This document shows, piece by piece, positions 30,004-40,202 of a stretch of 64,000 bases of DNA. Numbering within the stretch: the first letter of the stretch is position 1; each line of letters begins with the position of its first letter. The stretch is taken from positions 1 to 64,000 of IMG/VR virus record IMGVR_UViG_3300044612_002233. One strand, written 5' to 3'. The notes below the pieces were generated by a model. The model was not told where the DNA came from and ran no database searches. It saw only the letters and a program-made list of their open reading frames with translations. Origin of the DNA: an uncultured virus (IMG/VR IMGVR_UViG_3300044612_002233). Taxonomy: Duplodnaviria; Heunggongvirae; Uroviricota; Caudoviricetes. The position numbers were made by a program, and so were the translations under genes.

Positions 30004-30735
30004 TTGAGAAAAACCAATAAAAACTCAAAGAAAAAAACTAAGGTTATTGATGCGACAAATAGTTTGGAACCCAAAGGAGCAGCTTATAGAAATCGATTAA
30101 AACCAAGAACAGAAAACCAAAAAGAATACATAAGGACTGTTGCAGAAAATACTATTACGTTTTGTCAGGGCTTAGCTGGTAGTGGTAAAACACACATTGC
30201 TATCGGAATGGCTCTTGAATATCTTTTAGACGAAAAAGTAAAAAAGATTATTATCACAAGACCAATATTAGAAGCCGGAGAAAAAATGGGATATCTCCCA
30301 GGATCAGCAGAAGAAAAATTACATCCTTATCTATTACCAATACTAGATGAAATTGGACACTTCATAAGTTCAGCACATTATGCTTCACTAAGATTGAATA
30401 ATAAAGTTGAAGTAGTGCCACTTGGACTCATGAGAGGTCGTAATTTTCATAATGCTTTTATTGTTGCCGACGAGTGCCAGAACGCATCATATGAACAATT
30501 AAAAATGTTAATAACAAGAACAGGACAATCTAGTAAAATGGTTTTAACTGGTGACGTTGCTCAGTCTGACCTAAGCAGACATCTGCAAGGTGGTTTTAGC
30601 GATATGATATCGGCCCTTAATGGAGTTGAAGGTATAGGCTATTCTAAATTAGAAGCCTCAGATATTGTAAGAAATCCAATTATCTCTAAAATCTTATATA
30701 GACTTGATGACTATGAGCAGCAAAGCCGAAAATAG
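30004..30735 (+). CDS. phoH: PhoH-like ATPase
   Basis: GLAGSGKT, GYLPG, MRGRNF, DECQN, TGDVAQSD. Confidence 0.92.
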   Translation: MRKTNKNSKKKTKVIDATNSLEPKGAAYRNRLKPRTENQKEYIRTVAENTITFCQGLAGSGKTHIAIGMALEYLLDEKVKKIIITRPILEAGEKMGYLPGSAEEKLHPYLLPILDEIGHFISSAHYASLRLNNKVEVVPLGLMRGRNFHNAFIVADECQNASYEQLKMLITRTGQSSKMVLTGDVAQSDLSRHLQGGFSDMISALNGVEGIGYSKLEASDIVRNPIISKILYRLDDYEQQSRK

Positions 30736-31303
30736 TAAATGCTTATTATTAAACGCAGACTATGCCCCTCTGAGAATAATATCTTGGCAGAGGGCTATAG
30801 TTTGGTCTATTAGATATGAAGATAATAAAAATTACGGTATTGAAATATTATCCTATTATGAAGACAAGCATATTCAAGGATCTGCCGGAAAACAATATCC
30901 AGTTCCAGCAGTAGCTAAAACTATTAGGTTCTTTAATATGTATAATAGAAAGATTAGTTTTTCGAGACATAATTTATTTATCAGAGATAATCATACATGT
31001 CAATATTGTGGAATTCAATTATGCTCCTCACAATTAACATATGATCATATAATTCCTAAATGTAGATTTAATGAGAATAAAAAATTATCAACAAATTGGA
31101 ACAACATAGTGACTGCCTGTAGACCTTGTAATCATAAAAAGGGTAATAGGACTCCAAAAGAAGCAGGAATGAGACTAATAAATTCACCAATAGAGCCAAA
31201 TTACTCATTAGAGTACTTGCCTTGGTTTCAGGAAGTCTCTACTATAAGGGGTGGACCTTCGTATGAATTGTGGAAACCTTTTATAAATATACAATATGCA
31301 TGA
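30713..31303 (+). CDS. HNH endonuclease (McrA/HNH_5-like)
   Basis: LLLNADY.PL, RDNHTCQYCG, TYDHIIP, WNNIVTACRPCNHKKG. Confidence 0.88.
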   Translation: MSSKAENSKCLLLNADYAPLRIISWQRAIVWSIRYEDNKNYGIEILSYYEDKHIQGSAGKQYPVPAVAKTIRFFNMYNRKISFSRHNLFIRDNHTCQYCGIQLCSSQLTYDHIIPKCRFNENKKLSTNWNNIVTACRPCNHKKGNRTPKEAGMRLINSPIEPNYSLEYLPWFQEVSTIRGGPSYELWKPFINIQYA

Positions 31304-31703
31304 TTTTATTTTTAATTCCAAACCATCAGACATATCAGAGATGTTTTATTGTTTGAAGGGCAAAGAAGACTTTATTGATATCGATGGAAATCCCAGAGTA
31401 TCAGATAAAGACTCTGACATCATAGCTGCTAAATGTATACAAAACAAAAAATCAAAAAGTTTTCAAGCAGCATCAAATAATTATAGTTACTATATCAGAA
31501 CAACCCCAAATGCCGCATTGTTTAATCCAATAGAAAAACTATCTCCAATTAAAGATAAACGACAATTTGATTTTATAGATTCTACCTGTAAGGATAAGTG
31601 GATGTTTGTTGAGGTTGGGAAAACAACATTTGATAAGTATATAAAATTTCTAGTCACAAAAAACATTTCTTGGCTAAAGGAAGCCAATAGAGACTTGAAG
31701 TAA
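31296..31703 (+). CDS. Hypothetical protein, paralog of 32392-32769
   Basis: Shared DFIF, DG.PR, LFNP, FL.TKNISWL motifs. Confidence 0.7.
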   Translation: MHDFIFNSKPSDISEMFYCLKGKEDFIDIDGNPRVSDKDSDIIAAKCIQNKKSKSFQAASNNYSYYIRTTPNAALFNPIEKLSPIKDKRQFDFIDSTCKDKWMFVEVGKTTFDKYIKFLVTKNISWLKEANRDLK

Positions 31704-31705
31704 TT

Positions 31706-32050
31706 ATGCCGACTTATTCATATGGTTGCGAAAAATGTAGTGCTGAATTTGAGCTATTCTTTTATATTAAAGACTATCAAAGCAGCCCCAAATGTTCTGG
31801 TTGTGGATCCAAACAGACATACAGATGTTATGTTAAGGATGTAGCAACACAGAATACGTCTGTTAAAAAGTCAGATACAGAATTAAAAACTATTGGAGAT
31901 TTAGCCAATAGGAATAGAGACAAAATGAGTGAAGACGAAAAGATCGCCTTGCATAATAAACATAATTCCTATAAAGAAGAACAGTCAGTTAACGAACTGC
32001 CAAAAGGAATGAAAAGACTAAAGAAACAACCAAAGATTAAGTGGACATGA
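31706..32050 (+). CDS. FmdB-like zinc-ribbon protein
   Basis: MPTYSYGCEKC...CSGCGS. Confidence 0.75.
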   Translation: MPTYSYGCEKCSAEFELFFYIKDYQSSPKCSGCGSKQTYRCYVKDVATQNTSVKKSDTELKTIGDLANRNRDKMSEDEKIALHNKHNSYKEEQSVNELPKGMKRLKKQPKIKWT

Positions 32051-32051
32051 T

Positions 32052-32399
32052 ATGAAAGAAATAACACCAGAAGAAAAAGATAGTATTATTAATGCTCTTG
32101 ACAGCATTAGAAAGCAGATGAGTGGTCAAGATTTATCAGACTATATTTCTAAAGATAATACTAAGCTCATAGAGTGTAAGCATGAGATAGTGATTAGTGT
32201 TGTTGCTAGTATTTTTGAAGAAGACGATACTGGTAATCTCATTGGAGCTAAAGAAATATCTAAAAAGAACTATCATATTCCAGTTCCGTCAAATAAAAGA
32301 TATGAAGACTATCTACATGGATTTTTTAACTTTTTAGAAAATTGTATGTCATCATCATTAGAAAAAGCAGAAGAACAAGAGGAAACAAAAAATGGATGA
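32052..32399 (+). CDS. Hypothetical protein
   Basis: ORF in operon. Confidence 0.55.
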   Translation: MKEITPEEKDSIINALDSIRKQMSGQDLSDYISKDNTKLIECKHEIVISVVASIFEEDDTGNLIGAKEISKKNYHIPVPSNKRYEDYLHGFFNFLENCMSSSLEKAEEQEETKNG

Positions 32400-32769
32400 T
32401 TTTATTTTTAGTCCAAAACAAAAAACAGATTCGACAGATACCAACTATTATTGTATGGCTGGATCAGAAAACTATACTGATGGAGATGGATTTCCAAGAT
32501 CAGAAAAAGATGGAAAGAATGTTCTTGCTAAAAGAATATTCAAAACAAATTCTCAACCGCAATATTTTATTAAGATATCCAATAGCAATAAATTATTTAA
32601 TCCTCTTGGAAGTGGACTAGACGAAAAGTCATATAGTATTGTTGATAATGTCTGTAGACCATCAGACAAGTTCAGATCTGTTAATGAAAAAGTCTTTAAT
32701 TTATATCTGAATTTTTTATCCACAAAGAACATATCATGGTTAACTAGAGCAGAAAGAGAGATTATATAA
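32392..32769 (+). CDS. Hypothetical protein, paralog of 31296-31703
   Basis: GAGG RBS; shared motifs with 31296. Confidence 0.7.
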   Translation: MDDFIFSPKQKTDSTDTNYYCMAGSENYTDGDGFPRSEKDGKNVLAKRIFKTNSQPQYFIKISNSNKLFNPLGSGLDEKSYSIVDNVCRPSDKFRSVNEKVFNLYLNFLSTKNISWLTRAEREII

Positions 32770-33089
32770 TGCCCAAGCTAAATAAAACACAAAAATATGC
32801 AATACAATGGCTACACTCAACAGGATTAAGTTCCGACGCTATAGCAAAAGAACTAAACGTAACCACAGAACAGGTTGTTTCATTAATACCAAAAGTAGAA
32901 ATAGCAGCAAGTCCAACAACAGCGACTATTCCTTCGGCAAAAGACTTGATGATAACACATACATCTGGCAAGAAGATTAATTCTATTGCCATAATGACAA
33001 AAGAAGCATCACAGATTGGAGACGAATCTAAAAAGGCTGCTCCACAGATTAATGAAGATAAAAAAGGAATCTTTAGACCAAAGAAATAA
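32769..33089 (+). CDS. HTH-containing protein
   Basis: GLSSDAIAKELNVTTEQV. Confidence 0.6.
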   Translation: MPKLNKTQKYAIQWLHSTGLSSDAIAKELNVTTEQVVSLIPKVEIAASPTTATIPSAKDLMITHTSGKKINSIAIMTKEASQIGDESKKAAPQINEDKKGIFRPKK

Positions 33090-33090
33090 T

Positions 33091-33513
33091 ATGTATCCAT
33101 CAAGATACTCAAATGGTAAAACCGTCTCTGCTGCTCAATACATAACAGAGTTGATATGTGAGCATAAGGCGACAATGGAAAAATTAGATCTTCATTATAG
33201 ATTTTGGACTAATAAAGAATGGTCAAAGTACTATAGAGATCAGATAGCAACAGCAAATAAACTATTAAAAAAATATAGTGCCAAAGCTATTATCAGAGCA
33301 TTAAATGATAAAAAGGCAGAAAGAATCTATTCTTTGCGAGCACCTCATCTATTGGCTATAATAGACCATCATGAAACTCTGCTAGGATCAGAAAATACGG
33401 AGCTAAAAGAGAATATAGATAGATCAGAGAAAAAAACTTTTAGACATAAAACAAATACAAAACAAGGCATACTTTCTAAGTTAAAGGAATTAGATGATGG
33501 TAACAACTCTTAA
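33091..33513 (+). CDS. Hypothetical protein
   Basis: ATG just after upstream stop (MYPSRYSNGK...). Confidence 0.6.
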   Translation: MYPSRYSNGKTVSAAQYITELICEHKATMEKLDLHYRFWTNKEWSKYYRDQIATANKLLKKYSAKAIIRALNDKKAERIYSLRAPHLLAIIDHHETLLGSENTELKENIDRSEKKTFRHKTNTKQGILSKLKELDDGNNS

Positions 33514-34516
33514 AGAAGATGTAATTAAAAACTTTGGTGATGAAATTATACTATCTGGTAATGCCATGGTAGACAAGAAAGTATTAACCATTCCTGTTAG
33601 TCCATCATTAGACATTGCTTTAAATGGTGGCATACCAGAAGGTAGCTTTGTTGTATTAACAGGACAGCCAAAATGTGGCAAAACAACAACATCATTAGCA
33701 TTTTCAGCAACGGCACAAAAAAAAGAATATGCTCATGGCTCATTTAAAGATGGTCGCCAAGTGTACTACCTTAACATTGAGGGTAGATTGAAGAAAAGGG
33801 ATTTAGAAGGAATACCAGGATTAGACCTGAGCAGATTCCATATTATAGGAAGTCAACAAGGCAAGATTTTACACGGTGAAGAATATTTGCAAATTGGTGA
33901 AAGAATTATTAATGAAATACCCGGATGTGTTCTTATTATAGATTCATACTCTGCTCTGTGTACCGAAGCAGAAATCACCAGCGATATGGATAAAATGCAA
34001 AGAGCAGACGGCGCTAAGCTATTAGCAAAATTTTGTCGCAAAGTGGCTAATGTTATTCCTGTTAATCGTAATATTGTTATAGGCATCACTCACTTAATGG
34101 GTAATCCGACAGGTTATGGAGCAGAGTTTAAGGAAAAAAGTGGTCAAGCTATTGCTTATCAGACTGATATTAAGCTCAGAGCCAAGACATTTAAACCGTG
34201 GATCGTTGGAACAGACAATACTCAAATAGGGCAGGAGATCGAATGGCAGGTGGTCTGTTCGGCACTTGGGCCTCCTGGCGCTGTGACAACTAGCTTTGTT
34301 AGATATGGTCAAGGAATTGATAAGTATACAGAATTGATCAATTTAGCATCTGATGTTGGTATTATCAATAAGGGTGGTGCTTGGTATACAATAACCGTGC
34401 TTGACGATAAGCCAAAATTTCAAGGCACAGAAAAAGTTAGAAATTTTCTATTAGAAAATAAAGAAGCATATGATCTGGTTGAAAAGTCTGTTAAAGAGGT
34501 TTTAGGTATTAAATAA
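33494..34516 (+). CDS. recA: RecA/UvsX-like recombinase
   Basis: SLDIALNGGIPEG, GQPKCGKTT, IIDSYSAL, GAWY. Confidence 0.88.
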   Translation: MMVTTLKEDVIKNFGDEIILSGNAMVDKKVLTIPVSPSLDIALNGGIPEGSFVVLTGQPKCGKTTTSLAFSATAQKKEYAHGSFKDGRQVYYLNIEGRLKKRDLEGIPGLDLSRFHIIGSQQGKILHGEEYLQIGERIINEIPGCVLIIDSYSALCTEAEITSDMDKMQRADGAKLLAKFCRKVANVIPVNRNIVIGITHLMGNPTGYGAEFKEKSGQAIAYQTDIKLRAKTFKPWIVGTDNTQIGQEIEWQVVCSALGPPGAVTTSFVRYGQGIDKYTELINLASDVGIINKGGAWYTITVLDDKPKFQGTEKVRNFLLENKEAYDLVEKSVKEVLGIK

Positions 34517-34936
34517 ATGATAGTTAAAGATCTGAATGGAAATGCGGCAAACTGGAACTTAACCGGACACATAGCGAAAGGTAGGGTTAAAGAAAAATCC
34601 TCCTTTCATTTGGCTGCTAGGAAGATATTAACAGAGATATTTCCAACACTCCAAATCCTAGAAGAAGTTCCTATACCTTTAAGGAAATCAGAAACTCTAT
34701 ATTTAGACTTTTACCTTCCACTAATAAAAAGAGCAGTAGAAGTTCATGGTGAACAGCATTATAAGTTTATTCCATTCTATCATAGTTCTAAAATGAATTT
34801 CTTAAAAGCGCAAAAGAGAGACAATGAAAAAAGAGAATGGTGTGAAATAAATGGCATAAGTCACATTGTATTACCTCATTTTGAAAACGCAAATAAATGG
34901 AGAACATTAATAATATATGACAACCAGAACAGCTAA
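34517..34936 (+). CDS. Vsr/DUF559-like endonuclease
   Basis: LDFYLP...AVEVHGEQHY...RDNEKREWC. Confidence 0.7.
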   Translation: MIVKDLNGNAANWNLTGHIAKGRVKEKSSFHLAARKILTEIFPTLQILEEVPIPLRKSETLYLDFYLPLIKRAVEVHGEQHYKFIPFYHSSKMNFLKAQKRDNEKREWCEINGISHIVLPHFENANKWRTLIIYDNQNS

Positions 34937-35414
34937 AGAAGATTTACAGCATTGGGATAATATTCTAGATGAATACGAGTCATCAATAGCTCTACCCAAG
35001 TATTCTGCTCAATACGGAGTATCAGAGAGTGAGATTAACCAGTATTTAACAATGACACGAGACGAGCTTGAAAAGATCTCGCCAGAAGATTGTGCTCAAA
35101 TATCTTATAGATTAGCCCAATTCTCATTTCATGTTCAAAGAACAATAAATAGAGAAATTGCTAGATGCAATTGGTCAGAAGAATCTATAAAAGAAACAAT
35201 AGCTGATGAGATCAATAATTATAAAGGATATGGTTTTATAGAAAAATCTCTACAAGCAATCAAACATAATGACAAAGCATCAGCATTAAATAGTATAAAG
35301 AAGTATGCTAAGCAAAGAATTGACAGATTATCATATATTGCCAATAGTATAAAAAATCTATCTGATATTATGATGGCTATACAAAGAACAAAGGTGCAAC
35401 ATGGACCCAAGTGA
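34917..35414 (+). CDS. Helical protein, possible UvsY-like recombination mediator
   Basis: All-helical 165 aa next to recA; function inferred from context only. Confidence 0.45.
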   Translation: MTTRTAKEDLQHWDNILDEYESSIALPKYSAQYGVSESEINQYLTMTRDELEKISPEDCAQISYRLAQFSFHVQRTINREIARCNWSEESIKETIADEINNYKGYGFIEKSLQAIKHNDKASALNSIKKYAKQRIDRLSYIANSIKNLSDIMMAIQRTKVQHGPK

Positions 35415-35844
35415 GATTTTAAAAAACCCAGAACAAATCAAGGCACTAATCTCTCTTTTACAGGGGTTGGTTGACCAAGCAACTCCAGAACAAGAGCCAG
35501 AAGAAGAGACCAAAAATAAAAGAGTGGCACCATCCAAATCAGGGTCTACTATAAAAACGAAAGGTGGTCAAAAAGTAGGAAACAACAAATCGATCAAATC
35601 CAAAAAAACACAGCCAACAAATATTAATGCATTTGAAAAAATGGCTGAGTTTAGAATGCACAAGGATGATTGTGCCATAGATAAAAAACTATGCTCAAAT
35701 CAGCCTGTAGCAAGGATGAGGGAATTTGAATTCGTTGATGTTGTTTGTCGTGTTTGTGGCAAAAAGGAAACTATTGCCCCATCCCTACTATTCGATGCTC
35801 CTTCTCGATATAAATGTAATAATTGTTCAACCCAATCTGGCTAA
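35401..35844 (+). CDS. Hypothetical protein with C-terminal zinc ribbon
   Basis: CRVCG...CNNC. Confidence 0.6.
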   Translation: MDPSEILKNPEQIKALISLLQGLVDQATPEQEPEEETKNKRVAPSKSGSTIKTKGGQKVGNNKSIKSKKTQPTNINAFEKMAEFRMHKDDCAIDKKLCSNQPVARMREFEFVDVVCRVCGKKETIAPSLLFDAPSRYKCNNCSTQSG

Positions 35845-35847
35845 AAT

Positions 35848-37317
35848 ATGATTTTGTGTGATCCGTCGGCAGAAAGAGCCATTCTTAGTGGTATCTTAAA
35901 GTATGGTGAGGATGCCTATTTGGATATCGCTGATATCTTGCAGGAATCTTCATTCACCATAGATAGTAATCAAATAATATTCAAATGTCTGAAAAATATT
36001 TGTGAAAACGAACCAAAGACAAAAATTGATTTAGCATCGGTATATTCATCAGCACAAGAACTAGGTTTGTCTGAAGTTCTATCAAAAAAGGATGAGGCCC
36101 AGCATTTAAAGGCTATATTCGATTTTCCAGTTAATTTGGAAAATATTAGAAAATTCGCCTCCAAAATTAAGAAATTAGAAATAGCAAGACTTCTTCATAA
36201 GGAGATGGATCAGGTACAAGAAAGACTTCTTGATGTAACAGGAAGCGAATCTATATCTAATATTATAGGAATAGCAGAAGAATCCATATTTAGCTTTTCC
36301 TCTTCACTATCTAACGAGAGTGATGCTGCCCCAGCATTTATTGCTGGAGATATTGATAACTATATAGAATTTCTACAAACAAACAAGGTAGATCAAATTG
36401 GAATATCCACTGGATTTCCTGTTTATGATCAGGCTATTGGCGGAGGATTAAGAAAAGGCACAGTTAATGTTATTGCTGCCAGACCAAAGGTTGGTAAAAC
36501 ATTACTCTCTGATAATATTGGGTACTATATAGCAAGCAAATTAAAAATTCCAGTTTTGAATATGGATACTGAAATGACAAGAGAAGACCATATTCATAGA
36601 ATTCTTGCTATGTCATCTGAAATTGAGATTAATAAGATTGAGACCGGTAAATTCTCTGATACTCCAAGCACTTTCTCCAAGATACAAGAGGCTATCAAAG
36701 AGTTAAAAGAAAGTCGCTTATATCATAAGAGTATTGCTGGTAAGCCGTTTGAAGAACAACTATCTATAATGCGAAGATGGTTGGTCAAAGAAGTTGGACT
36801 TAATGACGATGGGACAGCAAAGGATTGCGTTATAATATATGACTATCTAAAGCTGATGGATAGTGCGGGAATAAACCAAGACATGAAAGAGTATCAGGTT
36901 CTTGGTTTCATGATGACTGCGCTTCATAACTTTGCTATACAGTATAAGGTTCCAATCTTATCATTCATCCAGTTAAATAGAGACGGAATCACAAAAGAAA
37001 GTACCGACACGGCCAGCGGATCTGACCGTATTATATGGTTGTGTAGCAACTTTACTATTTTCAAAAGAAAGAGCGATGAAGAAATCGCTGAAGATGGACA
37101 AGACGCTGGTAATAGAAAATTAGTACCCTTAATTAGCAGACACGGAGGAGGACTAGATGACAATGATTATATTAATTGTCACATGAAAGGGTGGTGTGCT
37201 AAGATAACAGAGGGTAAAACTAGACTAGAATTAATGAGTGGATCGAATAAACAAAAGGACGGTTTCATAGTCGATGAAAACAATAATGAAGAAGAAAACG
37301 AAATACCATTCGTATGA
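35848..37317 (+). CDS. dnaB: Replicative DnaB helicase
   Basis: AERAIL, GISTGF, AARPKVGKT, DTEM, YDYLKL, QLNR, SRHG. Confidence 0.92.
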   Translation: MILCDPSAERAILSGILKYGEDAYLDIADILQESSFTIDSNQIIFKCLKNICENEPKTKIDLASVYSSAQELGLSEVLSKKDEAQHLKAIFDFPVNLENIRKFASKIKKLEIARLLHKEMDQVQERLLDVTGSESISNIIGIAEESIFSFSSSLSNESDAAPAFIAGDIDNYIEFLQTNKVDQIGISTGFPVYDQAIGGGLRKGTVNVIAARPKVGKTLLSDNIGYYIASKLKIPVLNMDTEMTREDHIHRILAMSSEIEINKIETGKFSDTPSTFSKIQEAIKELKESRLYHKSIAGKPFEEQLSIMRRWLVKEVGLNDDGTAKDCVIIYDYLKLMDSAGINQDMKEYQVLGFMMTALHNFAIQYKVPILSFIQLNRDGITKESTDTASGSDRIIWLCSNFTIFKRKSDEEIAEDGQDAGNRKLVPLISRHGGGLDDNDYINCHMKGWCAKITEGKTRLELMSGSNKQKDGFIVDENNNEEENEIPFV

Positions 37318-38443
37318 TCAATATCAGCTAAAGCATTTATCTGATAAAGTATGCGACGATATTGAAAATCTACTATTATCTTTAGGAATAGATTCCTATA
37401 AGATGCTAGATAAAATGGTTACGATGAGTTGTCCCATTCACGGAGGAGACAATGATTCAGCATTTAATCTGTATCATCAAGGAGATACATATCGAGGAAA
37501 CTGGAAATGTCGAACACATCAGTGCGAAAATGTTTTTAAGTCATCAATAATAGGATTTATTAGAGGATGCTTATCTCATCAAGAAGGATGGTCTAAGTCT
37601 GGTGATGATATGGTCTCTTTTAATGATGCCTTACAGTTTGCTATAAGCTTTAGTAAGCATGATCCGTCTGACCATAAACAAACAAGAAAAGCTAAAGAAA
37701 AAAATAACTTTATTAATGCAGTTAAGAATATAACCCCAGACAATCAGAATAAGGCTCAACTGGTTCCTAGGTCTTTAGTCACAAAAGCTCTAAATATACC
37801 ATCCAAGTATTTTATAGACAGGGGTTTTTCTGAGAATATTCTTATAAAATATGATGTTGGCGACTGTATAGGACAAGGAAAGGAAATGAGCAGCAGGGCT
37901 GTGGTTCCTGTTTATGATAACGATATGATAGGAATGGCAGGATGTACTGGGCGAAGTATATTTGATAAGTGCAATGAGTGCTCCTGCTTCCATGATCCTG
38001 AACAAACATGCCCAAAAGACAAAGAACAATGGCTAAGTTCTAAATGGAAACATAATAAAAACTTTAAGACACAGGAATACCTGTATAATTATTGGTTTGC
38101 TAAAGATATTATTTTGAAGACCAAAACTGTTATTATTGTTGAAAGTCCTGGGAATGTTTGGAGATTAGAGGAATCTGGTATACATAATTCTGTAGCTATT
38201 TTCGGATCTTCTCTGAGTCATAAACAAAAAATGCTTTTAGACATATCCGGAGCAATGAATATAGTTACCATAATGGATAATGATGCTGCTGGCCAAGAGG
38301 CTTCCAAACAGATAGAATCAAAGTGTGGTAGAACATATAATATCAAACATATAAAATTATCATCTAATGATGTTGCAGAGATGTCTCCTGACCAAATTAA
38401 ACAAGAAATTTTACCACAAATACAGGATTATCAATTATGCTAA
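37274..38443 (+). CDS. dnaG: DNA primase (DnaG-like)
   Basis: CPIH...CRTHQC zinc finger, TOPRIM VES and MDNDAAG. Confidence 0.85.
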   Translation: MKTIMKKKTKYHSYDQYQLKHLSDKVCDDIENLLLSLGIDSYKMLDKMVTMSCPIHGGDNDSAFNLYHQGDTYRGNWKCRTHQCENVFKSSIIGFIRGCLSHQEGWSKSGDDMVSFNDALQFAISFSKHDPSDHKQTRKAKEKNNFINAVKNITPDNQNKAQLVPRSLVTKALNIPSKYFIDRGFSENILIKYDVGDCIGQGKEMSSRAVVPVYDNDMIGMAGCTGRSIFDKCNECSCFHDPEQTCPKDKEQWLSSKWKHNKNFKTQEYLYNYWFAKDIILKTKTVIIVESPGNVWRLEESGIHNSVAIFGSSLSHKQKMLLDISGAMNIVTIMDNDAAGQEASKQIESKCGRTYNIKHIKLSSNDVAEMSPDQIKQEILPQIQDYQLC

Positions 38444-39168
38444 TATTAGGAATTTCTGGAAGGAAGCAGTCCGGAAAAAGCACAATAGGCAATTTTATAC
38501 TATCTCTATATCTTGCTAAGCTAGGATATTGTGAAAAAATTTATATGGATGAAGATGGTCAGTTATTGATTTCTGATATTCTTGGAGACACTAGATACGA
38601 AGGTGTTTTTGATATTAGAAAATTAGTAGACACATATAATGATCCAAGATTTATACAAGCTATTCATAAGCTTAATTCAAAAGTAAAAATATACAATTTT
38701 GCCGACATTTTAAAAACAGACATCTGTATCAATATGCTAGGATTAACATACGATCAGTGCTACGGAACAGATGATAATAAGAATGAAATGACGAACATAG
38801 TATGGAACGATAAGAAGCTATCTGCTAGAGACGTTATGCAGGTAGTGGGTACTGATATTTTTAGAAAATTAGACACTAATGTTTGGGTTAGGTCCACTAT
38901 TAATAAGATCATCAGAGACAAGCCAGACCTTGCTGTTATTACGGATTGTCGATTCCCTAACGAAGTAGATTCTATTAAGCAGAGTGGTGGAAAAGTTATA
39001 AGATTAACTAGAAACCCATTTGAGTCAGATCATCTAAGTGAAACAGTCTTAGATAAAGATAGCTATGATTGGTCTAATTTTGATTATGTAGTAGATAATT
39101 CAGACGTTACGCTTCTTGATCAATTTACTCAGATTAAAAAACTATTAGAGGAGATATTACCATTATAA
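38437..39168 (+). CDS. Deoxynucleoside monophosphate kinase
   Basis: GISGRKQSGKST, FADILK, RDVMQVVGTD, ITDCRFPNE. Confidence 0.85.
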   Translation: MLILGISGRKQSGKSTIGNFILSLYLAKLGYCEKIYMDEDGQLLISDILGDTRYEGVFDIRKLVDTYNDPRFIQAIHKLNSKVKIYNFADILKTDICINMLGLTYDQCYGTDDNKNEMTNIVWNDKKLSARDVMQVVGTDIFRKLDTNVWVRSTINKIIRDKPDLAVITDCRFPNEVDSIKQSGGKVIRLTRNPFESDHLSETVLDKDSYDWSNFDYVVDNSDVTLLDQFTQIKKLLEEILPL

Positions 39169-40202
39169 TAACATACTTTAGGAGTAGCTCCTATAATACT
39201 CATAGCATGTGCGAACAACAGTACTTTGGTGAGTACGTACTGGGCTGGAGAGGATTGTCTGGCCAAAAAGCAGATAAAGGAACTATTACTCATAAAGTTC
39301 TTGAAATTTTAGCGGTTATGAAAAAAGCCGAGCAAGATGGACAAACTACTATTGATGACGATCTTATCGGATTAGTTGATATTAATAATTATGATTTAAA
39401 TAATTTAATAGAGAAAGTATATACCTATTATACTAATAATGCTCAACACCATAAATGGTCGGCCAAAGATCATAGAGACTGTAAAGACTGGGTTTATAAG
39501 GCTATAGAATTTAATGGCGGGATGTTTGATCCAAGGAAAAGAAATATTCTTTGTCCAGAACAACACTTTGATTTTGAAATTAAAAAACCCTGGGCTAAAT
39601 ACTCTTATGATATTGGCGGCGAAAAACTTGAGGGTAATCTAGCACTAAAGGGTACTATTGACTTAATAACACTGGTTAATGATTCTACAATAGAAGTAAT
39701 AGACTGGAAAACTGGAAAAAGATTAGATTGGGCTACTGGAGAAGAAAAAACCCAAGAAAAACTAGAAAAAGATCCACAGTTAAAGATTTATCACTATGCA
39801 ATAAAACATCTTTATCCTCATATTAAGAATATAATATTTTCAATATATTTTATTAATGATGGTGGACCATTCTCCATTTGTTTTCATGATTCTGATCTAG
39901 CATCAACAGAAGATATGTTAAGACAAAAATTTGAAGCAATTAAAAGCACTAAAAAGCCAAGGTTGCATAAAAGCTGGATGTGCAGTAAGTTGTGTCATTT
40001 TGGCAAAACAACATTTGATGGAACTCATATTCAGCCAATAGAGGAATATAGAGATGGACAAGTATGCAAATCTGGTCAAACCATGACAAAGTGCGAACAG
40101 ATAAAACATGACCTTGATCTTTATGGAATTGACACTACAATTGGGTTGTACAAGAACAAAAATCACTCGTTTGGAAGTTACAAAGCCCCCGGATCAATAT
40201 GA
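39162..40202 (+). CDS. PD-(D/E)XK RecB/Cas4-like exonuclease, probable ATT start
   Basis: RSSSY...CEQQY, GTITHKVLE, GTIDL, IDWKTG, QLKIY, CSKLC; GAGGAG 8 nt before in-frame ATT 39162. Confidence 0.8.
   Translation: MIITYFRSSSYNTHSMCEQQYFGEYVLGWRGLSGQKADKGTITHKVLEILAVMKKAEQDGQTTIDDDLIGLVDINNYDLNNLIEKVYTYYTNNAQHHKWSAKDHRDCKDWVYKAIEFNGGMFDPRKRNILCPEQHFDFEIKKPWAKYSYDIGGEKLEGNLALKGTIDLITLVNDSTIEVIDWKTGKRLDWATGEEKTQEKLEKDPQLKIYHYAIKHLYPHIKNIIFSIYFINDGGPFSICFHDSDLASTEDMLRQKFEAIKSTKKPRLHKSWMCSKLCHFGKTTFDGTHIQPIEEYRDGQVCKSGQTMTKCEQIKHDLDLYGIDTTIGLYKNKNHSFGSYKAPGSI

Noticed and set aside
39162..40202. CRISPR-Cas system suggested by the Cas4-like nuclease
   Set aside because: No repeat-spacer array or other cas genes seen; stand-alone nucleases of this type are common in phage replication modules
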